Source: Gemmatimonadales bacterium (lineage in GTDB: Bacteria; Gemmatimonadota; Gemmatimonadetes; Palauibacterales; Palauibacteraceae). From it: 49,088 bases of DNA. The DNA is taken from contig JASFRN010000004.1 of the NCBI GenBank assembly GCA_050114915.1, positions 1 through 49,088 of the forward strand. The letters run 5' to 3'. Below the pieces are notes generated by a model, which was given only the letters and a program-made list of their open reading frames with translations, made no database searches and was not told where the DNA came from. Both the position numbers and the translations under genes were made by a program. Below, in pieces: positions 25,704-35,422 of the stretch (its first letter is position 1; the number at the start of each line of letters is the position of its first letter).

Positions 25704-25789
25704 GCCCGAATTCTAGGGTCCGGCATCCGCGAGCGCCAAGGTGAGCGTCGCGCGGCGGCGCCGCCCGGGCCGAATCACTATCATCGACC

Positions 25790-26719
25790 ATGACCAGTCC
25801 ACGGGGAGAACAATCCGTCGCTCGCTTCGTGATCGTGAACGGAAAGGTCGCGCACGAAGACGACGTGCGCTCGGCCGTCGAGCGCCTGCGCGAGGTTGCC
25901 GGGAAGGTGACCGTGCGTGTCACGGGCGGTCCCGGCGACGCCCGTCGCTTCGGCCGTGAAGCCGCGCACGAGGGCTTCGGCCAGGTGATCGCTTGCGGGG
26001 GCGACGGGACGATCAACGAAATCGTATCGGGCCTCGTCCCGGGGTTCGACGGGACGCTGGGAATCGTGCCGACCGGCACGGCGAACGACTTCGCGACCTG
26101 CGCCGGAATCCCGGGCGGCGACCCGGCCGCGGTCGCCGCGGCGCTGCATGGATACGATCCCGTCGCGCTGGACGTGGGCGCGGTCGGCGGTGCCGCCGCG
26201 GGCTACTTCCTCAACGTCGCCACGGCGGGCTTCGGCGCGGAGGTGAGCGCCGAAGCCTCCGAGGAGCTGAAGGCGGTGCTCGGCCGGGTCTCGTACCTGG
26301 TGGCGGGCCTGGCGAGCCCCGGCGACATCAAGCCCCGCGAGGCGACGATCGTAGCTCCCGAGTTCGAGCGGACCGTGGCTTTCTACCTGCTGGCCGTGGG
26401 CAACGCTCGCTGCGCCGGTGGCGGCCTGCCGATCTGTCCCGACGCCGATCCGACCGACGGCCTGTTCGACGTGACGATCGTGCCCGAGGGGGCGGTGGGA
26501 GCCACCCTCGCCGAGATCGTGCGAGCGGGCCTCGAAGGCGTCGGTGAGGCCGCCGTGCGGTTTCGAACCTCGCGGCTGGATGTCCGGGCCAATCCGTCGC
26601 TGCAGGTGAACCTCGACGGGGAGCCCGCATCGGGCGACCACTTCCGATTCGAGGTCCGGCCCCGGGCGCTCCGCGTTTTGCTTCCGCCGGACTCGCCGCT
26701 GCGACGGACCGACGACTGA
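25790..26719 (+). CDS. YegS/BmrU-type diacylglycerol/lipid kinase family protein
   Basis: ACGGDGTINE, P.GTANDFA, FLNVA..GF, GN...GGG, NLDGE. Confidence 0.9.
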   Translation: MTSPRGEQSVARFVIVNGKVAHEDDVRSAVERLREVAGKVTVRVTGGPGDARRFGREAAHEGFGQVIACGGDGTINEIVSGLVPGFDGTLGIVPTGTANDFATCAGIPGGDPAAVAAALHGYDPVALDVGAVGGAAAGYFLNVATAGFGAEVSAEASEELKAVLGRVSYLVAGLASPGDIKPREATIVAPEFERTVAFYLLAVGNARCAGGGLPICPDADPTDGLFDVTIVPEGAVGATLAEIVRAGLEGVGEAAVRFRTSRLDVRANPSLQVNLDGEPASGDHFRFEVRPRALRVLLPPDSPLRRTDD

Positions 26720-26720
26720 T

Positions 26721-28364
26721 TCACTTCCTTGCGACGGCCATCAACCCCGAGCGGATCGGCGCCCACACACGGGTGAAGAAGGGATCCTGGGGCTCAACGT
26801 AGTATTTCACTGCTCCGGGCCGGGTCCCCTCTCCATCGCCGCCTCCGGGCATGTTGTCGCCTCGGAGCACGAACGTGTTGGTCACGAACGACTTGATGTC
26901 GTCGAACAGCCCCCCTTCACCCGTCTCGCGGTCGACCAGCTGGATGTCGAGGTCTCGATATGCCGCCCACACGGTCCCTCCGGCGCTCCGCCCGTCCACC
27001 GTGATCGCGAAGCGCATGGCGGCGAGACGTCCTGCCTGCACCTCGATGCCCTGCAGCGGCACCGTCAGCGCGTTGAGGCGCGTCAGGTCGAGGCCACCCA
27101 CGCGGCCGGACATGTCCATTCGATACGCGGACGTTTCGAGAGGAATCTCGATACGTATCTCCGCCGGCGCCTCGAACACCTGCATCGAAGCGTCGATGAT
27201 CATCGGGGATGCGCCGGAGGCGCTCGATATGCCGAGGACGCGTCCGTCGAAGTGCTCGAAGCCGATACGCCCCGGACGTGTCGTTCGACTCTCCGGAACC
27301 TCTCCGTATGCGATCCGTCCGCCGACCCGGAGTGTGTCGATGCGGACTTCACCCCGGAACGAGTGGACGAGATCGGTGGGCATCTTCGGCTCGCTCGCCT
27401 GGGGAGCGGGCGGAAGGCGCCTGTCACTGAGGACATCGACATCCACGGAATCGAATTCCACGACGCGGGTCACCAGCCCCCCGTGGAGGGCGGCTTCGAA
27501 GTTCACGCCACGGCCGCGGACGTGCGGCAGGTTCACCCGGAGCCGATCCGCCCGCGTCGGGAGCCGCTGAAAATAGCTCTCGTCGCTCGAAGTCGGGGCG
27601 AGTCGCACCCCCGCGAACTCGACGATCGAGTCCGCCGTCGAGGCCCGCATCGAATCGAAGCTGAGCTGCGTCAGGCCATCGGCGCGGATGCGAGAGAAGG
27701 CGCCAGTTCGCCAGAACAGGTCCGCGGGCAAGTTCGTCACCCTGCCGGAGTCGTCGAACGCGATGTCCCGGCCCTCGATCACCACGTCGCGGACGAGCGC
27801 CCTGCGTGACCTCGCCTTCGCGTCCGGTCGCCAGGCGAGCACCGTGCCGCCGTCTACCCGGATACGGGCCACCCGGATGATCGCGTTTCTCGGCGCACCA
27901 CTTCGCATGTTCTCGCGCTCACGGGTGTCGTCGGCGGGTCCGGGGTGGAGGAACAGGATTGGACCGTCGACCGTCAGACGACCGATCTCCAGCACGTCGC
28001 CGCCCAGCAAAGGGACGCCGGAGGCGACGATCCGCCGCGCGGCCAGCGTTGCTCCTCCGATTCCGTCGAGAACCACGTCCGTCGCCTCGATTCGCCGCCG
28101 GAACAGGCTGAAAGACACCTCGCCGACGTGGACTCGGCCCCCTGCGCCCCCGAGGCGCTCCGCCAACCGATCGCGCATGAAGGTGCGGTCGACGACCCGA
28201 GACGCGACGATCTCGGCACCGAGCAACGCGATGGCGGATGCGCCGGTGGCCAGAAGTAGACGACGGAAAGTTCGAGGCTCGATGGGTGCGGCTCCGGAAT
28301 GCGAGAAACGGCGAGTGTCGCCGACGCCCCGGAATGTAACAGTCCGCCGGGGCCGGCTCGCCAT
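26721..28364 (-). CDS. Membrane-anchored beta-rich hypothetical protein (AsmA/DUF748-like)
   Basis: 547-aa ORF, N-terminal TM, repeated beta-strand pattern; family call tentative. Confidence 0.6.
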   Translation of the reverse strand: MASRPRRTVTFRGVGDTRRFSHSGAAPIEPRTFRRLLLATGASAIALLGAEIVASRVVDRTFMRDRLAERLGGAGGRVHVGEVSFSLFRRRIEATDVVLDGIGGATLAARRIVASGVPLLGGDVLEIGRLTVDGPILFLHPGPADDTRERENMRSGAPRNAIIRVARIRVDGGTVLAWRPDAKARSRRALVRDVVIEGRDIAFDDSGRVTNLPADLFWRTGAFSRIRADGLTQLSFDSMRASTADSIVEFAGVRLAPTSSDESYFQRLPTRADRLRVNLPHVRGRGVNFEAALHGGLVTRVVEFDSVDVDVLSDRRLPPAPQASEPKMPTDLVHSFRGEVRIDTLRVGGRIAYGEVPESRTTRPGRIGFEHFDGRVLGISSASGASPMIIDASMQVFEAPAEIRIEIPLETSAYRMDMSGRVGGLDLTRLNALTVPLQGIEVQAGRLAAMRFAITVDGRSAGGTVWAAYRDLDIQLVDRETGEGGLFDDIKSFVTNTFVLRGDNMPGGGDGEGTRPGAVKYYVEPQDPFFTRVWAPIRSGLMAVARK

Positions 28365-28400
28365 TGAGGCCGGTCACGCGCTCCGTTAGTCTCAACCAGC

Positions 28401-30482
28401 ATGCCCAGCGCGCCCGAGCAGCGGCCCCCGCCGAACGACGACCTGAGATTTCTGCGGCTGATCCCCGCACCCGTGGCGATCCATCAGGCGGGCATCCTGC
28501 GTTTCCTCAACGAGGCGGCGCTCGAAATGCTCGGCGTCGACACGGCCGACGACCTGCTCGGCACCTCCGTGCTGGAGCTCGTGATCTCCGCCGACCGGGA
28601 TCTCCTGCGCGAGCGCATGCGCCGCGTCGAGCGGGAGGGGAAGCCGACCGACTGGCTGACCCTGCACCTGCGCCACCCCGACGGGATGCCGCGCGAGGTC
28701 GAGTCCCGGGGGGTCCCGATCAGTTTCGAGGGCGCGCCCGCGACCCTCTCGACGATCCGCGACGTGACCGAACGGGAGGCGGAAGTCCGCCGTCTGCGCG
28801 AAAGCGAGGAGCGCTACCGGCAGCTGTTCCTCGATTCCCTCGACGCCGTCTACGTGACCGCGGAGGACGGCCGGATTCTCGAAATGAACCCGGCAGGACT
28901 CGAGATGTTCGGCTGCACCGAGGCGGAGATCCGGGATACGTCGGCCTCGCAGCTGTATGCGAACCCCGCGGACCGGATCCGCTTCCAGCGCGAGATCACG
29001 ACGCGGGGCAGCGTCACGGGGTACGAGGTGCGGCTCCGCCGCCGGGACGGCGAGGTGTTCGACGCCCTGATCACCGCGACGGTGAACCGATCCTCCGACG
29101 GCACCCCGGCCGGCTACAAGGGGATCATCCGCGACATCACCGAGCGCAAGGAGTTCGAGGAGCAGCTCGAACGGCGAGCTCTCCACGATCCGCTGACGGA
29201 GCTTCCTAATCGCGCCCTGTTCTGGGATCGCCTCGAGCACGCCGTGGGCCGGGCGTCGCGGGGCGGCAGCGCCATCGCCGTTCTGTTCCTCGACCTCGAC
29301 CGCTTCAAGCAGGTCAACGACAGCCTCGGACACATCTCCGGGGACCGACTGCTGGCGGCCGTGGCGAAACGACTCGTGAACGCCGTGCGTCAACCGGACA
29401 CGGTGGCGCGCTTCGGCGGTGACGAGTTCATCGTGCTGCTCGAGGACGTCTCGGGTCCGGACGACGTGCGCCTCGTCGCCGAGCGCATCCTCGACGCCCT
29501 CGAGACCGCCGTTCCGGTGCGCGGCGCCGAGATCCACGTGACGGCGAGCATCGGGATCGTGATGTCGAGGGCCGGGGAAGAGGTCCGGGGCGAGAACAGA
29601 GAATGGGGCGAGGAGCTCGTGCGCCGTGCCGACCGGGCCATGTACCGCGCCAAGGGTCAGCCGGGTACGCGCTTCTGCATCTACGATCCGGCGCTGGACG
29701 AAGAGGGCCGCAACGCCCTCCACCGCGAGACCGAGATGCGCCGCGGCATCGATGAACCCGAGTTCCTGCTCCACTACCAGCCGATCGTCCACCTCGGCGA
29801 GGGCCGGATCGTCGCCGTGGAGGCCCTGTGTCGCTGGGAGCACCCGGAGCGCGGGTTGCTCTACCCGGGCGACTTTCTGCCGGTCGCCGAAGAGAGCGGG
29901 CTGATCGTACGCCTGGGCGAGTGGATCCTCGAAGCCGCGTGCCGCCAGGTGGCCCGATGGAACGAGGGGCCTATGCGGGATCGGCCGCTGTTTCTGCACG
30001 TGAACGTATCCCCGCGGCAGTTCGAGGCTCCCGACTTCGTGTCCACCCTGTGTGACATCATCGAACGCACGGGGATCACCCGGAAGCTGGTGGAAGTGGA
30101 GATCACCGAGCACCTCGTCTTCCAGCTCCGGGAGCGCGCCCGCGAGCTGCGCGAGCTGGGGATCGGCGTGTCGGTGGACGACTTCGGCACGGGCTACTCC
30201 TCGCTCGGCTACATCAAGCACCTCTCGGCCGACGTGCTGAAGATCGACCAGGATTTCGTCCAGGGGATCGATACCGACCTGAAGGACCGGGCGATCGTCA
30301 AGATGATCCTCAGCCTATCGCAGACCCTGGAGCTGGACGTCGTCGCCGAAGGCGTCGAGACGGAGGCCCAGCTCCGCCATCTGCGTGAGCTCGAGTGCGG
30401 CTGGGCCCAGGGCTTCTACTTCGCGCGGCCGCTGCCCGCCGCCGAGCTGGATCGGATGCTGAAAGAAGATCCACGCTGGTGA
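28401..30482 (+). CDS. PAS-PAS-GGDEF-EAL diguanylate cyclase/phosphodiesterase
   Basis: Two PAS domains, HDPLT.LPNR, RQPD I-site, RFGGDEF, VEAL.RW, DDFGTGYSS, EGVET. Confidence 0.95.
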   Translation: MPSAPEQRPPPNDDLRFLRLIPAPVAIHQAGILRFLNEAALEMLGVDTADDLLGTSVLELVISADRDLLRERMRRVEREGKPTDWLTLHLRHPDGMPREVESRGVPISFEGAPATLSTIRDVTEREAEVRRLRESEERYRQLFLDSLDAVYVTAEDGRILEMNPAGLEMFGCTEAEIRDTSASQLYANPADRIRFQREITTRGSVTGYEVRLRRRDGEVFDALITATVNRSSDGTPAGYKGIIRDITERKEFEEQLERRALHDPLTELPNRALFWDRLEHAVGRASRGGSAIAVLFLDLDRFKQVNDSLGHISGDRLLAAVAKRLVNAVRQPDTVARFGGDEFIVLLEDVSGPDDVRLVAERILDALETAVPVRGAEIHVTASIGIVMSRAGEEVRGENREWGEELVRRADRAMYRAKGQPGTRFCIYDPALDEEGRNALHRETEMRRGIDEPEFLLHYQPIVHLGEGRIVAVEALCRWEHPERGLLYPGDFLPVAEESGLIVRLGEWILEAACRQVARWNEGPMRDRPLFLHVNVSPRQFEAPDFVSTLCDIIERTGITRKLVEVEITEHLVFQLRERARELRELGIGVSVDDFGTGYSSLGYIKHLSADVLKIDQDFVQGIDTDLKDRAIVKMILSLSQTLELDVVAEGVETEAQLRHLRELECGWAQGFYFARPLPAAELDRMLKEDPRW

Positions 30483-30519
30483 ACCGGTGACGCGGCCGTC
30501 ACCGCGACAGGAGGAACGC

Positions 30520-30879
30520 ATGGAGAAGGTCGACCTCGTCGCCGCTCTGGCACGCATCCCGGATCACTGGAATCCGCGCGTAGTCGCCGAGCTGAACGGG
30601 CAGCAGGTGAAGCTCGCGAAGCTCGAGGGAGAGTTCGTCTGGCACCACCACGAGCACGAGGACGAGCTCTTCCTCGTGCTCGCAGGCGAGCTCAGGCTCG
30701 AGTTCCGCGATCGCGTCGTGACGCTGGGCGAGGGAGAGATGCTCGTGGTGCCGCGCGGCGTGGAGCACCGTCCGATCGCGGAGCGCGAGGCTCACGTGCT
30801 GCTGTTCGAACCCGCCTCGACGCTCAACACGGGAAACGTGCGAAACGAGCGCACGGTGGAGAATCTCGAACGGCTGTGA
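30520..30879 (+). CDS. Cupin domain protein
   Basis: AGGAGG SD; GEFVWHHHEHEDELF, VVPRGVEHRP, NTG. Confidence 0.9.
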   Translation: MEKVDLVAALARIPDHWNPRVVAELNGQQVKLAKLEGEFVWHHHEHEDELFLVLAGELRLEFRDRVVTLGEGEMLVVPRGVEHRPIAEREAHVLLFEPASTLNTGNVRNERTVENLERL

Positions 30880-30880
30880 C

Positions 30881-31075
30881 TCATCCCGCCGATTGGCGGC
30901 CGAGCACTATGGGCAGCACGATGCCGAACACGATCGCCAGCTCGACGGCGGTGCCCCAGTCCACCTGGCCGGCGCCGTGCGCGAGCAGGCTGTAGAAGTA
31001 GGTCGCGATCGTCGCGGCCATGAACGCGACCACCGCGGTGATGAGGGCGTCGACGAGAAAGCGCTGCAGATTCAT
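30881..31075 (-). CDS. Small two-TM membrane protein (64 aa)
   Basis: GAAGGAGG SD; C-terminal part of track ORF 30881..31804; two hydrophobic helices. Confidence 0.7.
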   Translation of the reverse strand: MNLQRFLVDALITAVVAFMAATIATYFYSLLAHGAGQVDWGTAVELAIVFGIVLPIVLGRQSAG

Positions 31076-31125
31076 CGCTCCTCCTTCTGATCGGAGAATC
31101 AGGCGGAAGGAATCCGACTCACTCC

Positions 31126-31755
31126 TCACGCAAGATGGGGCACGCCCTCGAAGAAGTCGACTTCCCCGGTCTCGAGCGAGTACTCCGCCCCGACGATCAG
31201 GAGCCGTCCCTCCTGCACGAGCTCTTCGAGCAGCCGCGAGCCGTGGCGCAGCTGGTTCGCCGAGGCGCGGACGTTCGCCCGCACGGCCGCCTGCGAGAGG
31301 GCCCCGGGATCGTTCGCGAGCTCCGTCTCCAGCAGAGGCTCGACGGACGGTCGCACCCGGTCGACGATCGAGCGGAGGTTCCGCGACTGCGATCCGGAGG
31401 GGTGCCGGAGCGCGTCGAGCGTCGCGCCGACGGCCCCGCAGCCCGAGTGGCCGAGCACGACGACGAGCGGCGTGCCGAAAGAGCCGGACGCGAACTCCAC
31501 GCTGCCGATTCCCGACGGGGCCACGATGTTGCCCGCGATCCGGATCACGAACAGATCGCCGAGACCCTGGTCGAAGATGATCTCGGTCGGCACGCGGGAG
31601 TCGGAGCAGCCGAGGATGGTGGCGAACGGGGCCTGCCCCTCGACCAGGCGGTCGCGGTGCGCCTGGTCGGTGACGCGTTCGAGACTGCGTTCGCCCGCGA
31701 CGAATCGGCGGTTGCCTGCACGGAGGCGTTCGAGGGCCTCGCGGCCAGAGATCAT
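31126..31755 (-). CDS. Beta-class carbonic anhydrase
   Basis: GCSDSRV, GDLFVIR.AGN, GHSGCGAV. Confidence 0.95.
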   Translation of the reverse strand: MISGREALERLRAGNRRFVAGERSLERVTDQAHRDRLVEGQAPFATILGCSDSRVPTEIIFDQGLGDLFVIRIAGNIVAPSGIGSVEFASGSFGTPLVVVLGHSGCGAVGATLDALRHPSGSQSRNLRSIVDRVRPSVEPLLETELANDPGALSQAAVRANVRASANQLRHGSRLLEELVQEGRLLIVGAEYSLETGEVDFFEGVPHLA

Positions 31756-31910
31756 GGATCCTCCCGGGAGAGCTGCGTCCTCGTGGTCGTGTCGATCGGA
31801 CCAAGCCTAGACGGGGCGCTCCCCCTCAGCAACCACCGCTTGCCCGGGGCGTGGCCGGTGGCACAGTCTAGGCCGGTGGCCTGCCCGACACCCGATCCGG
31901 GACACGGACG

Positions 31911-32720
31911 ATGAGCCGAATCGAGGGAACGACGGTGCTGATCACGGGGGGTGCGTCCGGGCTCGGCCGCCGCCTCGGTGAACGGCTGCTGGAGGCGGGC
32001 GCCGAACGGCTCGTGATCTGGGATGTCGACGAGGGGGCGCTCGAGACGGCCGACACGGAGCTCACGGGGGCCGGTCACCGCGTCACGTGCGAGTTCGTCG
32101 ACGTGTCCAGCCCGGACGCGGTCGAGCTCGGCGCCGCGGCCCTCCGTCGACGCGGGATTCGCGTCGGCCTGCTGGTCAACAACGCCGGCGTCGTCGTGGG
32201 CAAACCCTTCTCGGCGCACACCGCGACGGACATCGAGCGTACCATGCGCGTCAATGCCCTCGCCCCGATGCACACGACCCGGGAGCTGCTTCCCGATCTG
32301 CGCGAAGGGGGTGGACACGTCGTGAACATCGCCTCGGCGGCCGGCCTCGTGTCCAACCCGGGAATGTCGGTCTACTGCGCGAGCAAGTGGGCGATGGTCG
32401 GCTGGTCCGACTCGCTTCGCCTCGAGCTCGAGCGAGAAGACGCGGGCGTCGGGGTGACCACCGTCGCCCCCTACTACATCGATACGGGCATGTTCGCCGG
32501 CGTCCGGTCGCCGGTCCTCCCCATTCTGCCCGTCGACGCGGTGGCGCGTCGCATCGTCCGGGCCGTCGAGCGGAATCGGGTGTTCCTGCCCCTGCCGCGG
32601 ATCGTGGGGCTCGTGTCCCTGCTGCGCGGATTGCTGCCCATCCGCTGGTTCGACGTCGTCGTCGGGCGCTGGCTCGGCGTGTACGAATCGATGCGCTCGT
32701 TCCGCGGGCGGGACCGGTGA
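31911..32720 (+). CDS. Short-chain dehydrogenase/reductase
   Basis: TGGASGLG, NNAG, S..G, YCASK. Confidence 0.92.
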   Translation: MSRIEGTTVLITGGASGLGRRLGERLLEAGAERLVIWDVDEGALETADTELTGAGHRVTCEFVDVSSPDAVELGAAALRRRGIRVGLLVNNAGVVVGKPFSAHTATDIERTMRVNALAPMHTTRELLPDLREGGGHVVNIASAAGLVSNPGMSVYCASKWAMVGWSDSLRLELEREDAGVGVTTVAPYYIDTGMFAGVRSPVLPILPVDAVARRIVRAVERNRVFLPLPRIVGLVSLLRGLLPIRWFDVVVGRWLGVYESMRSFRGRDR

Positions 32721-34153
32721 CGGACCGGGACCTCCGCGCCCGATTCGAGGCGCAGCGAGCCGCGTTCGCCGCCGCCGCGCCCGGTTACGATCGCCGGATG
32801 GAGGCGCTGGCCGGCCTGCGGGACGCCCTTCGGGCCCGGGAGGAGGAGCTGGGCCGCGCCGTGGCCGCCGACTTCGGGCACCGGTCGTTCGACGAGACCC
32901 GGATGCTCGAGCTGTTCCCGCTGCTCGACCAGATCGGACACGCGCGCCGCCATCTGAAGGGCTGGATGCGCCGGCGCCGCGTGCGCGGCACCTGGTTCCT
33001 GTGGCCGAGCCGCGCCTTCGTCCGGTACGAACCGCTGGGCGTGGTCGGGGTGATCGGCGCCTGGAACTATCCCGTGCTGCTGACCCTCGGTCCCGTCGTC
33101 GACGCCCTCGCGGCCGGGAACCACGTGATGGTCAAGCCGTCGGAGCGCGCTCCACGGACCGCGGATGTGATCGCCGCGCTCCTGGCCGACACATTTCCGG
33201 CCGAATTCGTGACCGGCGTCCTCGGCGGGGTCGAGGTCGCCCGTGCGTTCGCCGATCTTCCGTTCGACCACCTGCTGTTCACCGGCTCGTCCCCCGTCGC
33301 GCGCGAGGTGATGCGGTCCGCGGCCGCCAACCTCACGCCGGTCACCCTGGAGCTCGGCGGCAAGTCCCCGGCGATCGTCCACGAGAGCTATCCCCTCGAC
33401 CTCGCGGTGCGGCGTATCCTGACCGGCAAGCTCTACAACGCCGGCCAGACCTGCCTGGCCCCCGACTACGTACTGCTCCCGGCAGGTCGCGAGGCCGCCT
33501 TCGAGGCGGCGTCACGGCGGACGGTCGAAGAGATCTACCCCGACCTCGCGGAGAACCCCGACTATACGCACATCGTCGACGACGCCCACTACGAGCGCCT
33601 GCGGACGCTGCTCGAAGAAGCCGCGGCGGCCGGGGCGCGGCTCGTTCCCCTCGCCGGTGCGGAGGCCGCGGCGACGGGCGCCGGCGAAGATGCCCCGGCC
33701 GTCGGCCGCGTCCTGCCCCCGACGCTGGTGTTCGGATCGATCGGCGGAACGCGGCTGATGCGGGAGGAGATCTTCGGGCCGGTGCTGCCGGTCGTCGCCT
33801 ATCGCGATCTCGACGAGGCGATCGAGTTCGTAGCGCGGCGTCCCAGTCCCCTGGCTCTCTACTACTTCGACGAGGATCGCGCCCGCATCGAGCGGGTGCT
33901 GGCGGGCGTCCAGTCGGGGGGCGTCACGATCGGCGACTGCGTGTATCAGATCGGACAGCGCCGGCTCCCGTTCGGCGGAGTCGGAGAGAGCGGGATGGGA
34001 AGCTACCGGGGCTTCGACGGCTTCGAGACGTTCTCCCACGAGCGCGGCGTGATGGTGCAGCGCCGGTGGGCCGTCACGTCGCTGTTCCGCCCCCCCTACA
34101 CGAGCAGGACCCGCGCCCTCGTACGCTGGCTCCTGCGCCTTTCGCGGCGCTGA
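32717..34153 (+). CDS. Aldehyde dehydrogenase (coniferyl-aldehyde DH / ALDH3-like)
   Basis: GTG 32717 overlapping SDR stop; EPLGVVG..WNYP, FTGS, LELGGKSP, NAGQTC.APDY, EEIFGP, PFGGVG.SG. Confidence 0.92.
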   Translation: MTDRDLRARFEAQRAAFAAAAPGYDRRMEALAGLRDALRAREEELGRAVAADFGHRSFDETRMLELFPLLDQIGHARRHLKGWMRRRRVRGTWFLWPSRAFVRYEPLGVVGVIGAWNYPVLLTLGPVVDALAAGNHVMVKPSERAPRTADVIAALLADTFPAEFVTGVLGGVEVARAFADLPFDHLLFTGSSPVAREVMRSAAANLTPVTLELGGKSPAIVHESYPLDLAVRRILTGKLYNAGQTCLAPDYVLLPAGREAAFEAASRRTVEEIYPDLAENPDYTHIVDDAHYERLRTLLEEAAAAGARLVPLAGAEAAATGAGEDAPAVGRVLPPTLVFGSIGGTRLMREEIFGPVLPVVAYRDLDEAIEFVARRPSPLALYYFDEDRARIERVLAGVQSGGVTIGDCVYQIGQRRLPFGGVGESGMGSYRGFDGFETFSHERGVMVQRRWAVTSLFRPPYTSRTRALVRWLLRLSRR

Positions 34154-34217
34154 GCCGGCGCCGCCTCATTTTCAGACGCAGGCCGTCGATTCTGAACCTG
34201 CGGAACCGAACGCCGAC

Positions 34218-34226
34218 TGTTATACT
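34218..34226 (+). promoter_or_regulatory. Extended -10 promoter of hydrogenase operon
   Basis: TGT-TATACT about 60 nt upstream of GGAGG-preceded ATG 34285. Confidence 0.55.
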
Positions 34227-34284
34227 CTAAGACATCGGTACCCCCCCGCTACATCCGGTACCGTTTGCAGACGGAGGTGCGGTT

Positions 34285-35421
34285 ATGTTCTTCCCTTCCG
34301 CCAATCCGTGGGTCGAGGGCGACACCCTCGGCGAGCACCTCGAAAGCCGCGGCGTCAGTCGACGCGACTTCTTGAAGTTCTGCGGAGAGATGGGGGCCAT
34401 GCTGGGGCTGAGCAGCCTCGTCACCCCGAAGCTGGCCCAGGCCCTTTCCCAGGTTCGGCGCCCCAGCGTCATCTGGATCCAGCTCCAGGAATGCACGGGC
34501 TGCGTGGAGAGCTTCATCCGCACGTCCGATCCCACGGTCGGTGACCTCGTTCTCGACCTCGTCTCCCTCGACTACAGCCACACGCTGATGGCCGCCGCCG
34601 GCTCCGCCGCCGAGGAGGCCCTGCAGGCGTCGATGCGCGACAACGCGGGAAACTACATCCTCGTGGTGACGGGCTCGGTGCCGCTCAACGAGGGAGGCAT
34701 CTACACGACGATCGGTGGCCGCACCGCGAAGGAGATCCTCGAGGAAGCGGGCAAGGGCGCAGCCGCCGTCCTGGCGGTCGGTGCGTGCGCGCACTGGGGG
34801 TCGGTGCAGGCGGCCAGCCCGAATCCGACGGGCGCGGTCGGCGTCGACCAGATCATCAAGGACAAGCCGGTCGTGAACATCGCCGGATGTCCCCCGATCG
34901 CCGACGTGATCACCGCGACGGTCGTCCACTACCTCACCTTCGGTCGCCTGCCCGAGCTGGACTACGACAAGCGGCCGATGTTCGCGTACGGCGCCCGGAT
35001 CCACGACCAGTGCTCCCGGCGCGCGCACTTCGACGCCGGCCAGTTCGTCCAGAAGTTCGACGACGAGGGCGCCCGCAAGGGATGGTGCCTGTACGACGTC
35101 GGCTGCAAGGGACCGGCGACGTTCTCGCCGTGCCCGATCTTCCAGTGGAACGACAAGACGGACTGGCCGATCGGGGCCGGACACCCGTGCCTCGGCTGCA
35201 CGGAACGCGCGTTCTGGGACACGATGACGCCGTTCTACGGCCGCCTGCCCAACGTCGCCGGGTTCGGCGTCGAGACGACGGCCGACACGATCGGAGCCGC
35301 CCTGGCGGTCGGCGCCGCGGCCGGCGTGACGGCGCACGCGATCGCCACGGGCGTGCATCGCGTACGGCAGAAGAAGGCCGGCGAGCAGTCGGCCAATCCC
35401 GACAGCGGGAAGGAGGGTTGA
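34285..35421 (+). CDS. [NiFe]-hydrogenase small subunit (Tat-exported, C-terminal anchor)
   Basis: SRRDFLKFC, QECTGC, GACA.WG, GCPP, HDQC.RR, CLY..GCKGP, WPIGAGHPCLGC. Confidence 0.96.
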   Translation: MFFPSANPWVEGDTLGEHLESRGVSRRDFLKFCGEMGAMLGLSSLVTPKLAQALSQVRRPSVIWIQLQECTGCVESFIRTSDPTVGDLVLDLVSLDYSHTLMAAAGSAAEEALQASMRDNAGNYILVVTGSVPLNEGGIYTTIGGRTAKEILEEAGKGAAAVLAVGACAHWGSVQAASPNPTGAVGVDQIIKDKPVVNIAGCPPIADVITATVVHYLTFGRLPELDYDKRPMFAYGARIHDQCSRRAHFDAGQFVQKFDDEGARKGWCLYDVGCKGPATFSPCPIFQWNDKTDWPIGAGHPCLGCTERAFWDTMTPFYGRLPNVAGFGVETTADTIGAALAVGAAAGVTAHAIATGVHRVRQKKAGEQSANPDSGKEG

Positions 35422-35422
35422 G

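Noticed and set aside
31859-31874. TGGCACAGTCTAGGCC as a sigma54 promoter for the SDR
   Set aside because: GG-N10-GC spacing is right but the -12 box is AGGC rather than TTGC, with no IHF or UAS support
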